A DNA stretch of 64,000 nt from Ramazzottius varieornatus (taxonomy: Eukaryota > Animalia > Tardigrada). Location: assembly GCA_001949185.1 (NCBI GenBank), contig BDGG01000002.1, positions 8,298,448 through 8,362,447 on the forward strand, in the 5' to 3' direction. The position numbers were made by a program, and so were the translations under genes. Numbering within the stretch: position 1 is the stretch's first letter; every line of letters starts with the position of its first letter. The notes under the pieces were generated by a model, which did no database searches, was not told the DNA's origin, and saw nothing but the letters and a program-made list of their open reading frames with translations. Positions 15,526 to 27,468 of the stretch are shown here, in pieces.

Positions 15526-17575
15526 TTACTCCTCGGCTTCCTGCGGCGGGAACTCCTTCTCGTACTCTTCTCCCTCTTTCGACAGAATTTTCAACTTCTT
15601 GTGGTTTGGCTTCCTGCAGAAGAGCAACAGTATCAAGATCATGAATAAGCTTGGTTTGACGTGAAAAGACAATCGCTTCGTACCCATATTGCAACGTGAA
15701 GTCTGCGATGACTTTCTTCGCATGGCTCAAGTTTTTGGCCGGCTCCCAAGTATTATCCTTCAGCTCGTCGTAGCCTGAAGTAGAAAAACACTTTCCTCAA
15801 GGTTTGGATAGTAAGTCATGTTTGGGCAGAACTAACTTACCTTCCCACTTGACGAGATACCACAGTTTGCCCTCGCCAATGAGCGAACCCAAGATGCGCT
15901 CGACGACGTACTCGCCTTCTTCTTCCGGTCCATCTTCGGGTGAAGCCTCCTTCTTGGCCTTCTTGGGCGGCGGTGTTTTCTTCTGCGGGGTAGCTTTCAT
16001 GGCCGATGCAGCCTTGACTTTAGCTTGTCGGTAGCCAGTGCCACGAGCATTGACCGACGTTTCTCTTTCCTCTTCTGCAACAAGAAAAACAACACCGTTT
16101 CACCTCACTTCCGGCTACGCTTCGCCTACATAAGCAAGAAATGACGAAAATCTCCAATGTACCATGCTCATCATCGCTCTCATCTAGATCAGCTAGACGC
16201 TCAGACGTGGTAGCCTTAGGAGAGGCTTTGCGAGCCCGGTTGACACTTCCCGTTGCCTTGCGACGCTTAGGTGGAGTTTCCATCTCGTCCGACTCGTCGT
16301 CATCTACAAAACCATAGCAGTTACACTCAGCACCATGGTTCATATTCTGCGGTGAGTCCAACATACCTGCGGGTAGCTCATTGGAGACCATGTTTTTGTT
16401 ACTTCGGGCACTGATCGGTTCCTTGGGGGCTTTAGTGCCACTTCCGGTTGGCTTCTGACGCTTCGGTGGCGCCCCCAGTTCGTCCGACTCGTATCCATCT
16501 GCAATCACAATCATTTCAACTTTACACTGTTATGATTTTACGTCACCATCAAGAGCGATTTTGATACCTGCAGCGCTGGCAGCTCCAACGGACGACCTTC
16601 CCTTGGAGCTTCGCAGGTTGGCCGAGCTTTGTCGCGACTGACTGTCCGAGCCTCGTGCGACAGCTAGTGGCAAGTCGTCATCGTCGCTCTCAGCCAGCGC
16701 GTTGGCGGTCGGCTTGGCAGCTGGTTTCTTCTGCGCTTGAGATCGACTTCCTCCATCTGCAACATTAATTTCTACCGTAAAACCCATACAGAATAAATGG
16801 GATGTCGGCAAAAGACCGTACGAGATTGGTTTTCCAAGTGGCGCATCCTCCTGACTGAGAGCCTGCGCCATCTGGAATGACGGTTTCAAGGGGGGCACGC
16901 TTCCAGCCAATACCAACAAAAATGTGCGCCACTTGAACTGGCGAACTTGTACGTTTCTTTGGGTCAAGGGTAAACTTACTCCCGCGTCCGCCGCGAGCGC
17001 CATTGGTAGCTCCCGAAGCTTCATTACGACTGTAGGTGGAGCGATCATCCGGTGCGGAAAACTTGTCGTCTTCATCGTCGTCAGAAGCCTCCAAGTACGA
17101 GCTGCGAGTTGCGCGAGTCGATGGTGCTGTCTTCTCGCTAGGCTTAACCTTTTCAGCTCCTCGTCGGGTTGTCGACGTTCCAGTCTTCGCGGTCGAAGTG
17201 ACAGCTGCTCTGGCTGCAGGCTTTGCCGTCTTCTTACTCTTCTTTTCTGCCAGGTACGCTTCAAGGATCTCCGGACACGCATGAAGGTTGTCGACAGGTT
17301 CCCAAGTGTTGTCGCTCTTCTGGTTGTAGCCGAACTTTAAATACATCAAACTAATAATGTGAGTACTCTCCTCATTTCGAGTTCTAGTAGCTCTTTACCC
17401 ATTTGACCAAGTATTCTTGTCGATGGTCCTTCCATCTGTCAGCGATGATCTTCTCGACTTCGTAGTCGCCAGTCTTTCCTTCTTCGACTTGGGAGCCGAC
17501 TTCGTCATCGGAAGCGTTTTCCGCACCGCCGAGCAGCATATCAGCGGCATCCTTTGCGGTTTTTCGTCGTGCCAT
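15526..17575 (-). CDS. Double-chromodomain protein (N- and C-terminal chromodomains, long low-complexity linker), multi-exon
   Basis: Chromo 1: DYEVEKIIADRWKDHRQEYLVKW|FGYNQKSDNTWEPVDNL. Chromo 2: EYVVERILGSLIGEGKLWYLVKWEG|YDELKDNTWEPAKNL. No recognisable chromoshadow domain. Internal exon boundaries approximate. Confidence 0.85.
16835..16935. repeat. Intronic palindromic cluster 4 (2 units, first shortened) in chromodomain gene
   Basis: CAAGTGGCGCAT-N16-CTGCGCCATCTG ... CAAGGGGGGCAC-N25-GTGCGCCACTTG. Confidence 0.8.
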
Positions 17576-19084
17576 TTCTGAAATCGGATCATGATGAGCT
17601 TTCTGAAAGAAGCCCCGAGTTACAAGAGCGGCTGACGAGTGACGGATGTCTCAGAAATCAATTAACCGAAAAACGAGATATTAAGTGGTTTGCGAAATTC
17701 AGAGTTTTAGCTACCACAGGAATCTGCTAATACGTCACAGATCCAATTCACAATTCCTTCATGAGTTTCCTGACGGGGTACCTGCGGCCCAGTTTGCGGA
17801 CCACTTTTTTGACTCCGCACGACCCTTTTTTAACATGAAGTTGTTGGAAATATTTAAGGGCATAGAGTGGTGCGTTCGCCACGCTTCGCCACGGACAGAA
17901 GTTTCATAAAACTGCTCGCTCTTTTGGAAAATTTCGCCGAAAATTCCAGGGGCATTTGCTCCCCTTTCGCGTTTGCTACGTCCATTTCCCTATCGGAAAA
18001 AGTGTTTCCTTGACCTAACGGAACCAGCAGTTGAACTGTTGCCGCTCTTCTAGGTTTGAGGCAGGCTAATAGTGGTCATCATTGGGTATCTGCGTATCAG
18101 AATGCGTCCAAACGGTCTCACTAAATTTTGCAGAAATTAGGAAAGCAGTTCTTAGTTTTTGCCCAAGAAAAAAAGAGTACCTAGCAAAGTAGCGAGCGAA
18201 GTGTATTTCGTACTTCAGTTAGCGCCGGACAGGTACCCAGAGTACACTTATCTCAACCGGCGCGTACGTGACCGAGCGCAGGCTGTGAGACGGTACCTAG
18301 GTTGCTGACGCACGCGCGAGCAGTTTGGACTTTTGAACGTTTAAATTTCATTTCCGTCACGTCTGCTCCTGCTGGAATTGTCATCAGAACCTTGCCCCGT
18401 CTTTATTCGCTGCTCTCTGTCCTGTCCGCTGCCCTGCTCTTCGCTAATATCTTCCAGACATCATCAGCAGTCACTGCGACATTCTGGGAACAGCTGATTC
18501 TCGTTAGTAGGCACGCTCACCTGAGCTGGATAAATCTACCGTTGGCGAGCGGCCGTCATATTTCTAAATGCTTGAGATCCTCTGATACTGGTCAAACAGC
18601 ATCCATCAGGCAATCAAACGCTTTTTCGATTGACTTAAAGGCTAAATCGAAATGCACATGTGATGCGGACACATGTGCAATTTAGTAGACTCGTAGTACA
18701 TATTGCTACTACCACCCAGGATCCCCTAGTGCGGTGTACTCTGAATCTACGATTTTCTTCTTGGGTGAACCCTGAGACCAAATGTGAAGTGACACGGTCA
18801 GTTGCGGTATGCATTAGCTACACTTAATCAACTAAGCAACTACTAAAACTGTCCAGGCAATAGGCACAGAAAGATTTTGCTAGTGCGCCTGCCCAGCTGG
18901 TGGCCGAAGCGGGTCCTTAACATCCCTGGGTTGTCCGTTTTGTGTCATCGAATCTTCCAGCCACTCGTTCCCATTTCCTTACCGCAGCAAATCTAACCAG
19001 CGGTACTGCTTAAGAGTTGGAAGAACTTGATGTTAAGAAAGGCCGATTCCGAGCTACAACTCTTCTATCTGCAGATCCCCGTTT

Positions 19085-19170
19085 TAGTGACGTTGGCATA
19101 AGGGTATCCAGACCTAATACATTATTAATTTAATAAGCACGAGCTGCCAGAGCTCTAGCTTGATATAATC
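19085..19170. mobile_element. Terminal fragment of the hAT family seen at 59077-61193
   Basis: TAGTGACGTTGGCATAAGGGTATCCAGACCTAATA matches the reverse complement of 61160-61193 (TAGTGATGTTGGCATAAGGGTATCCCGACCTAATA). Confidence 0.75.
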
Positions 19171-19625
19171 TGCCCCGACCCAGAGTATCTGGTATGATAA
19201 CTAATATGTTGACTCGGTTGGCCGGGTTCTTATGGTGGTATATTGCAATATGTCAGTCATCTTAGATCCGTAGCCAACGAAGGAAGAGAACATTCTTCAT
19301 TGACAAGTTCACAGTAAAATAGTCTTCTTCAGATCCCATAATAGAAATCCCAGAGTTGTCAGTTGAAAGTTCTGCCAAGGGAGTTAAAGACCGTCGAAAC
19401 AGCAGTTTTTATCGGCTGCTATCTGTTCTGCATGATACTCGGGGAAGTAATGGAAAGAATGGCGAGTACGCAGGTGAGTCTCCGAAATGATAGTCCTGCA
19501 CACACCAATCAAACCGGCTTCACCTTACCCATCCCTGCAAGCTCGCGCTCCCCTGCAGGCCGCAGCCAATCAGGCAGGCATAGAACGGTGTACCGCTCCA
19601 TGTTGGCAGTGCATGATAGCATCCG

Positions 19626-19660
19626 GACAAAACTGACAAAACTGACAAAACTGACAAAAC
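19626..19660 (+). repeat. 9-bp tandem repeat (GACAAAACT), ~4 copies
   Basis: gacaaaactgacaaaactgacaaaactgacaaaac. Confidence 0.9.
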
Positions 19661-21982
19661 AGTAGCTGTTGATCGGCTGAGAAATTTGTGGTCAATCAAA
19701 ATCCTTGATCAAGGAGCTTCATGTCACTGCAGTGACTTCGACCCGTTACTTCCAGATCTCGCAGCATCTTCCAGGATTCTTATTCGGACTAGTTCTACAG
19801 CTCCAACTGTGCAACAGACTCTATCACGTCGGTCAAAGCATCATAGTTGAACGGTTGGCGTTACTCCCTTGTGATGAATATCAATGAATATTAATCATCT
19901 TACAGACTTAAACTCCAACAAATCCTGCAGGCAGTCACGTGATATCGTATCATGAATCAATGGTAGCAAACCTCGTGTGATCACCTGGATGGATGCATTT
20001 TCTACAGTCTAGAACGGACTGTTCTCGACTGCAACGCAGTGGTGTTTCCAGTAGAGAACACGCGCAATCGTCTATGGACCTTCCCGCTGGATACGGTTCG
20101 ATCCTGTACCAGACGTGCAAGAAGATACATCAGAAACGAGTTTATACGGGCCATTCACAATCGCTACAGGAGACGTTCGCATTCCAACGCTATCGAACGG
20201 ACGTTTTGCCACTTCGTTGAAGCTACTTGCTCCGCCAACAACTGCAAATCATTGTCAAGCCAGACTTTCACGGTTTTGCTCTGCTGCTGGTCCCCAAAAA
20301 TTTGGAAATTGCTTCACGGTAGACTCGGCTGGTAGGGAAGACGATGGAGCTGGCTCATCATCAACTCTTCTGGCATGCTCCTGTTATGCTTCGCACTGTA
20401 CGAGCATCGAGGTGGCCGTTGCTTGGAAATTCCAGGCTAATGGGTATCCTCACAATGATATTTATCTTTCAAGAGAGGGGACACTATGGAAGAGGAATCC
20501 CTGGGCAAAACTAGCACTCACCTAGGAGGGGATATTGTGGAACGAATCCTGACGCAGGGGAACAGCGCCGAACCGGTCGAAGGTCGGATACGAGGGAAGA
20601 TGAAACTCCTCGGAACTTCTGATGAAGAGGATGGACAAAAAGAGGTAAAAATGTAAAAGCAATCGGAGCGATAACCGCAGGAAATATGGAATTCAGCGAT
20701 GGACGGATGATTTACCGTCTAATATCAAATTCGCGGGGCGGCACCCTGACGGGTACTGTTGCCGCCGAGGGAGGCTCAAAGGGGAGCGGGAGCTGGGATG
20801 ATGGCAGGGCGTATCCCAAGTTCCCAACCACTGGATTACTCCCTGTGACTCAGAATGCAATGCTATAGGCTTATCTCCTTCTTTTGTGACCTACTTTCGC
20901 TTCTCCTCAGTCACATTCCCCCCCCCCCCCCACAAGCTTATCTCTACTAATGTTATACTTTGCCCTGCACTGGGCAAAGTTCAGCAGAGGGTTTCAAACA
21001 CAAACTTACGAACGAAACCAGCTCCGCAACGACAGCTCGTGCCCAAAAATCCCATGTTAGACCACCTGAAGTGGTTTGACATCGGATAACATAAGGTATC
21101 AAGTCGCGTGCAAGGTTGTATTACTAAGCTCTGCGAGCATTACGTAATAGCCTCACACTGTATCGGCGGCAACAAAATTTCGCATTTGTCACGTACGAGC
21201 CTGCTAATGGACCGGTCGAAAGAGAAATTTTGTCATCAATGCGATAACCCTGTCGTGCCAAACCGGAGATCCCGTGTTCGAACACCATTTTTGGCGATTT
21301 TTATATGGTCCAGTGGCTCCAATTCCACTTGTCAGTTCGGCACTCGGTACAGTGATTTTTTGTTTTCATTTTCCCTGCTTTTTTGTACTGTTTTGATTTT
21401 AGGGGCTCCCTGTTTGATTTTCATTTTTAGTATTAAATTGTTTTTCTACTGTACTTTATTGCTCACTAATCGGCCACCGTGTTGTACGATACCAGCGATA
21501 GCAAACATTCTTCATGGTTGATTGGGTTGATTGCCGCTCATGAGTTAGGCTGTGTTTGATAGATAGATAGATTTATTGAGCCTCGATAATCTAGTCGACG
21601 GCTTCCTCGATCGTCAGAGGATAAAAAAACATAAAAATAAAGTACTAACAGCTTTGGCAAGTGGAAGCGATCAAGACTAAATTCAAAGATTGACACATAG
21701 AGATTAAAATCCGAGATCAGGTACCAGAAAGGAAGTGGAAAATTCGCACAACCATAGCAGGGAGAGATAACTAGCAAACAAGGAATGAGGGAGCGTTCTT
21801 TCCGCTTCGTCCAGGTTCTCACTCGTCCATTTCCATGTCCGACTGGCTCCGTCGTTCCCGGTTTGATGCTCGAGCTGGTCCATACATGTGGGCTACGCTT
21901 TACGTTCTTTTTTCGGGACGCTGATCGTCATTTGGCGTTCGTGTTGGAATATGATTTGCTGGACTTTTGATTTTTGATACAG

Positions 21983-22818
21983 GTGCACCATTGAAGGTAC
22001 CAGAAAAGAAGATAAACGGCTCGGGTTCGGACAAGTCGCGCGAAGCTTCTCCTGACGACGCCGATACCGAGATGGCTCAGGAAGCCCCAGCTGTCATCAT
22101 TCAACAGTCTGCCGAGGAAGCCATCGAAGAAGAGGAGAAGGAGGAGGAAAAATCTGATAAAGAAGCTGATGAAGAAGCGAAAGACGATGAAAAAGAGCGA
22201 GACGAGGAAGAAGCACCGGATGGAAAGGAGGAGAGCGACCCGCAAGTGCCTCCGACGGGAGCGAGCTACCGCGGCGATCACGCAGAATGGTGAAGACGAT
22301 GCTCCAGCCAGCGAAAAAGACTTCGAACATTCGACTGGCGCCGACAATGGTGCCGACCCATTCGCGGCCGATCCGAGTCTGCCCACCGTTCCGGATCCTC
22401 AAAAGGCGCTATATGAAGTAGAGGTCATCTACGGCTGCCTCGTCTCTAAAACGAAGGGCGAGTTATGGTATTCGATCAAATGGAAGGGCTACAGTCTCAA
22501 AGAGTGCTCATGGGGACCGGTGAAGAACTTTAAAACTGTCCTCAAGGCCGTCGAAGACTGTCCGAATCTTTCACTGAGTGTTTTTTCTCGTTCGGTAGAA
22601 AGCCCACGGCAGGTAATCCGAAGATCCTGGATGAGAATGGACGGAAATACGAACAGTATCTTGCACAGTACGATGCCAAGACGGAGCGAGAAAAAGCGCT
22701 AGGGAGAGGAGCTCAAGAAGCTGAAGCTGTCATTGAAGGAAAGACAGAGTTCGCCGCAGCCCACCGTTTCTCCCAAGAAACTGAAGAACGCCAAGTAGTC
22801 AAGGATCAAGCCAAGTAG
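21983..22818 (+). pseudogene. Frameshifted chromodomain paralogue with acidic N-terminal region
   Basis: E/D/K-rich ORF 21967-22293 shifts frame into LYEVEVIYGCLVSKTKGELWYSIKWKGYSLKECSWGPVKN. After a TAG acceptor near 22598 comes KPTAGNPKILDENGRKYE, similar to the KPNHKKLKILSKEGEEYE tail of the 15526-17575 gene. The matching donor appears lost. Confidence 0.65.
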
Positions 22819-23172
22819 TCAGGACGGGGAAGTCCCTGAAGGCGGACTGTGAACGGTAGACGTCCAGAATTCGAACGTTGAACTTTCTCCTCTTTTCGTT
22901 TTTTCGCATTTTTCTTCTGACTTTTAGAGAATTACTTGCACTCTTGTTGCTTAGTTATGTTTCCTCCTACGTGTTTGCGCCCAAGCTTTCTGTCCACAGA
23001 CCGGAGAAAAGTCTCCTCAACGAGAAATTATTCAGATTTTGTTTCAGCCCGTTTAATTGAATTCTTGTTTTGAAAGGTTCTTCCGTGCGCAAGCGAACCG
23101 TTACCGTAGTAGTTCCATAAAATATCCAGACGATTAGCTCATACTTCGTAGCCGTCATGCTCCCCTTCGTCA

Positions 23173-24909
23173 TCACGCTTTATGTCCTCCTCGTCGCAGA
23201 GACAGGTCCAGAAGGCTGTTGAATCGCCGGTTAGATCCCTTTGCAGGAAACCCCGGGATTGTCTGCTTAGGCACGGGCAGCGACAATTCGTCCATCAGTC
23301 CCACCTTCTTAGGCGCTCGACCACTCTTCTCTTGCACATGGATCTTCGTCGAAACCATATCACTTGGTCTTGTGGTCATCGGCGAACTTCTTGAAGAGGG
23401 AATTATCGTCGCAACGGAAGGAGTCGTCAGTTGGGCAGTGGTCGTCTCAACCGGAAGTGCTGTGACGTCGTCGAACTCAGCACGGCCTTGATGCACCGGA
23501 AGTATACTTGTACTCGTGGCGCCGCTCGAACTCGAACTCGTGCTTGTGACGTCAGCTGACCCCATTGTTTCGGTTGTCTGTATGAAAATTCCTGTGGCTT
23601 CTTGTCCAGAAAAAGCTTCAGCTTCCTTCGCTCCTGCTTCCCCATCGGTAGCGACAGGTGAGGACTGCTCTGGTTCGGTATCTGCGGCGTTGCTCTCTGT
23701 TAGCTCAGTGGATAAAAGATCCAAAGCTTTTCTGTTGTCTTCCTGGTTGTTCTCCCGAGCGGAGTTGAAGGCTTGTTGGACCAGCTGAGCAACGGAAGGC
23801 GATGACGAGGGGGCAACTTCCCCTACGATGATGTTCTGCGGCAGGGCTGATGGAACTTTGTCTTCGTCATTGGATGAAACAACGGGTTCTGTGGCGACTG
23901 CCACGATCACATCGGTATTCTGCAGCTTGATCATTTCGGTCGTCGAAGGCTTGTTCCGATCGGTCGTCACTTTCAGGTTGCTGCTCTGGACGACGGTCGT
24001 GCCAACTGATGGAGAAGCTTCCGTAGTGGTCGGAGCTGATGTACACGGACAGCTGCACAAGTCCGGACCTTTGGTGGTGGTTGGCCGAACTGGTGGAGGT
24101 GGCGGACGAGCGTAGACTGGGCGGAAGAATGGGTTGAAGACATCATTGTGTTGATCGTTCTCGTCGCTGGGAAGGGGGGCCGACGTGGGTAGTTGGATGG
24201 TTGGGGAAATGACGGTACCTAAGTCTGGCATGTCTTTGATGGGAACTGGAGGTACTAGTCGCAATCGGACTTGTCTTAGTAGGTCCAGAGTGGAAGCAGG
24301 CTGTCGGAAGATCGGTGACAAGTCGAGGTTGCGGGCTTCCAGCTCCCCACCCAAATCAAAGCCATGACTGTCGTCCAAGGCTGTCAAGTCTTCCCGGAAG
24401 GAAGTTCCAACCTCTTCGACTGAAATAAGACGGTAAAGCGCCAGTATTCCTAGAGCGATTTTTGGAAAATTGGGACGACGGCAAATGAATTCACCCAGGT
24501 TATCAAGTGGCGCAGGTCTTCCTTATTACAAACCGAGAGCATGCGCCGTTTGTGAAAACCATTTGGGTAAATTATTCATTTGCGACATCCCATAGTCCGG
24601 CTTGCGTTTTCTTACCCTTTGACTTCTCGCTCTGTTGAAGAGGAGCATAAGCGGGATTGGTTGTCAGGATGGACGATGGTAGGACAAAACTGGGAAAGGA
24701 GCGAGCATAGTTGGGCAGGAAGAAGGTCTTCGGATCGTGGTAGCGTGGGATATGGTGCTGGTCGGCGAAGCCCAAGCCCTGGGAAGAACAGCAAAATGAA
24801 TGCCCCCTCTTTTCGCTTGAAAGACACGCAGATAATAAGCTCCTGGACTTACCGTGATGCCACGAACTGCTAAAATAAAAAAATAAAATCTAAGCGGTAG
24901 CGAGATCAT
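23173..24909 (-). CDS. Secreted Ser/Thr/Pro-rich (mucin-like, disordered) protein, 3 exons (~24853-24909, ~24616-24778, 23173-~24419)
   Basis: Signal-peptide-like MISLPLRFYFFILAVRGIT, phase-compatible GT-AG introns, and a 404-aa ORF rich in S/T/P with a single CSCPC motif. Confidence 0.75.
24504..24552. repeat. Intronic palindromic cluster 5 (1 unit) in mucin-like gene
   Basis: CAAGTGGCGCAG-N25-ATGCGCCGTTTG. Confidence 0.8.
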
Positions 24910-25655
24910 CTTGGTGAAAACTGATAGTTTTTACATTCAATGGAGTCAACCACGACGTGAAAATACTAATTTCGTTCGATCTGACAGAGCTAAAATTCAG
25001 AAAGGACTTGGGTACGACTTGACAGACGTTGGAATTCTTTGGAGAAAGTGCGGCACAGAATGTAATTACAGGTTGTGAGGCTGAGGAGGAACAAAGATGG
25101 ACTGGTCCATCGCAGCTTTGTGCCTGCTTTGTCCAAGTGGCGTCCTTCCGCTTGAACGCGTCCCTGATCCCGCCCTCCGAAATTCTTTCGTCGTTATTGC
25201 ACTTGGAGTATGAGATGTGAAAGAGTTATGAAGTTGGTCATCACGCTGAAAGTGTTATGGCCTGTCTTCCGAGGTGTGACGGCTTCCCTTCACGCGCTGG
25301 TCAGTCACCTGCGCGGACAGCACGCATTGTTCCGCCAAAACGACTTCTGGAATTGATCTCAACGCTATCTTTCTCCGACTGAATGCTTTGACTGACAGCT
25401 CGTACCTGTTTATTACTTTAAAACCGACATTGACGAAATGAGAAAAAGTAAGGGTTTATTTTGATCGTTTTGCGATCCGTTGCATCATTATCCTTACAAG
25501 GAGATATCTACTCAAGCGCAAAATTGCTAAACCGATGTTTTTGCCTTGCAGATAATATTTGGCTGTGAAACGAGTTCGATACTGCTCTGTGCTCAGCTCA
25601 GACTTCGAAACGACATACGGAACCCAGGAAACAGACTCGGCAAGTTCGGCTTCCC

Positions 25656-25704
25656 CAAGTGACGCACTCTTTCAGTCAATATCAATACGGGTATGCGCCA
25701 CTTT
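25656..25704. repeat. Palindromic cluster 6 (1 unit), intergenic or in a 5'UTR intron upstream of the glycosyltransferase
   Basis: CAAGTGACGCAC-N25-ATGCGCCACTTT, followed by the family linker GAAAAACAGTC. Confidence 0.8.
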
Positions 25705-26439
25705 GAAAAACAGTCGGGTAGCTGCCGAGATCCATACAGAAGGGAAAATAACTGCTGTCCCCTGAAGAGCCGCGGAAGCACGCGGTCTTCAGCGTAAATT
25801 GCCACTTCCGATGGAACAGTGAGCATTCCGAGGTGGAGCATCAGGAGAAACAGCGTCTGGGACCACTGGCGACCCAACCTCGCGACCAAATTAGAGTTCT
25901 CACAAGCCAAAACTCAGTTAAGTGAGGAGCCGCAGTACTGCGGTCACTTGCACATATCGTTCTAACGTGGATAATCTGTTAGAATTGGGTCGCTCTGGAA
26001 GTAGCGCGTGCGGTGGAGTCGGGTGGACTTCAAAGTTACTTGACTCCGACGTGTCAGCAAGTCAAGCTGTTGGGTTGTTTTTCCGGACTTTGGAGAAGTG
26101 TTCCTTGAACCGACATTGTTTTATTGACTTTGCAGAAAGCTCTGGCGACCGTCTCGATATTCCCAGCAGACGTACAGTAGCTTTTCACCATTATCTGGCT
26201 CGAGATAACGAAAATATCTAGGCAAACACTGGTTGGCCAAGTTGGCGCGTCGTCGTCGAGCGTCCATAGGAAACAGCCAACGTGCATCGACCGTGCTCTT
26301 TTACTTGCAGTATTCGGTGATTTATTAGTGCGAAGGATAGGGAGAGTTGCCGTAACAGTCTCGGTTCTTCTTTGTGGCCGCTTTGCAACGGTGATCGAAA
26401 TCGAATCAAATAGAGACCGTTAGCTAGCTTGGCTATTTA

Positions 26440-27468
26440 ATGTTGGCGCCATCAAACAAACGAGTCTTGGCCTTCCTCGCTGTCCTAGCATTTGCTGTTA
26501 CGGGGCTCTTGCTGATTAACCAGATTCAGTTTGTGGATGGTGACGAGGAGAAAGAGATTACCGAGCGAACTGCAGTCGAACAAGCAAGAATCGACTCTTT
26601 GAAATTCAACTTGTCCAACTACCCGCCTGGTTTCCTGTTGACCGCCGCTGCCGAGTCAACTTGCGCAAACTCGTCTCATTCCTCGACCTTCCTCACCGTG
26701 ATCTACATCCACTCACAGCCCAGCCACCTTGAGCAGCGCGACTTCATCCGCAACTCGTGGTTCTCTCCCCACTTCAAGACTCTGTACAACTTCCGGGTTG
26801 TCTTCATACTGGGTAACCCCCACAACGCCAGCTTACAAAGATCCATCGTCATCGAAAACGGACAGTATCGCGATATTGTCCAGGAAGACTTCCGCGATGT
26901 CTACCAGAACTTGACTCTCAAAGAAGCCGCTGCGCTCCGATGGACGGCGCAGTATTGTCCCTCCGCCAAGTTCGTCGTCAAAGTTGACGATGACGTGGTA
27001 GTCAAGCCTTGGTTTTTCGCGGAAATTCTCCAGCGGAAAAAAGCTTCCAAAGACATACCGAGAATATTCTGTCAGGTGTTTGGCAACTCCAAGCCTAGTC
27101 GTGATCCGCACAGCAAATGGTACGCGCCGACGGAAGTCTACCGTGCAACGTGGTATCCACGTTACTGTTCGGGGCCGATTCGAATCATGACGGCAGAGGC
27201 GGTGCCGTTACTTCTGGAAGGGATCAAGTCGGTGCCTTTTCTCTGGTTGGAAGATGTCTACTTTTCCGGCTTGGTGGCAGAAGCGGTAAGGGTGGAGAGG
27301 GTCAATGAGTGGGCCTTGGTGGAAGAGCACAGCTGGAAGCGATGGTTCTACCCCAAGTTCGCTTCTTTATACTCTTTGTACACCGCTCTGCACGCTTACG
27401 ATTTGCAAACTCAGCGGAAAGTCTGGAGCGATATTGTGCGAAATAATCCTAAGCGTTTTCGTGGCTGA
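26440..27468 (+). CDS. Beta-1,3-galactosyltransferase-like (GT31 family), intronless, 342 aa
   Basis: N-terminal TM anchor; R..IR.SW, ENGQYRDIVQEDFRDVYQNLTLK, FVVKVDDDVVV (DxD), YPRYCSG and LEDVYFSGL motifs. Confidence 0.93.
   Translation: MLAPSNKRVLAFLAVLAFAVTGLLLINQIQFVDGDEEKEITERTAVEQARIDSLKFNLSNYPPGFLLTAAAESTCANSSHSSTFLTVIYIHSQPSHLEQRDFIRNSWFSPHFKTLYNFRVVFILGNPHNASLQRSIVIENGQYRDIVQEDFRDVYQNLTLKEAAALRWTAQYCPSAKFVVKVDDDVVVKPWFFAEILQRKKASKDIPRIFCQVFGNSKPSRDPHSKWYAPTEVYRATWYPRYCSGPIRIMTAEAVPLLLEGIKSVPFLWLEDVYFSGLVAEAVRVERVNEWALVEEHSWKRWFYPKFASLYSLYTALHAYDLQTQRKVWSDIVRNNPKRFRG

Larger units (their letters stand above)
18300..20500 (-). pseudogene. Decayed protein-coding-like sequence of unassigned family
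   Basis: Minus-strand frames give protein-like stretches broken by many stops (e.g. VKVWLDNDLQLLAEQVASTKWQNVRSIALECERLL*, HVHFDLAFKSIEKAFDCLMDAV*) and residual splice signals. No recognisable domain. Confidence 0.3.

Noticed and set aside
21246-21290. tRNA-like GTTCGA segments (also ~53110-53185 and ~120)
   Set aside because: No complete cloverleaf or A-box could be built; at most SINE debris.
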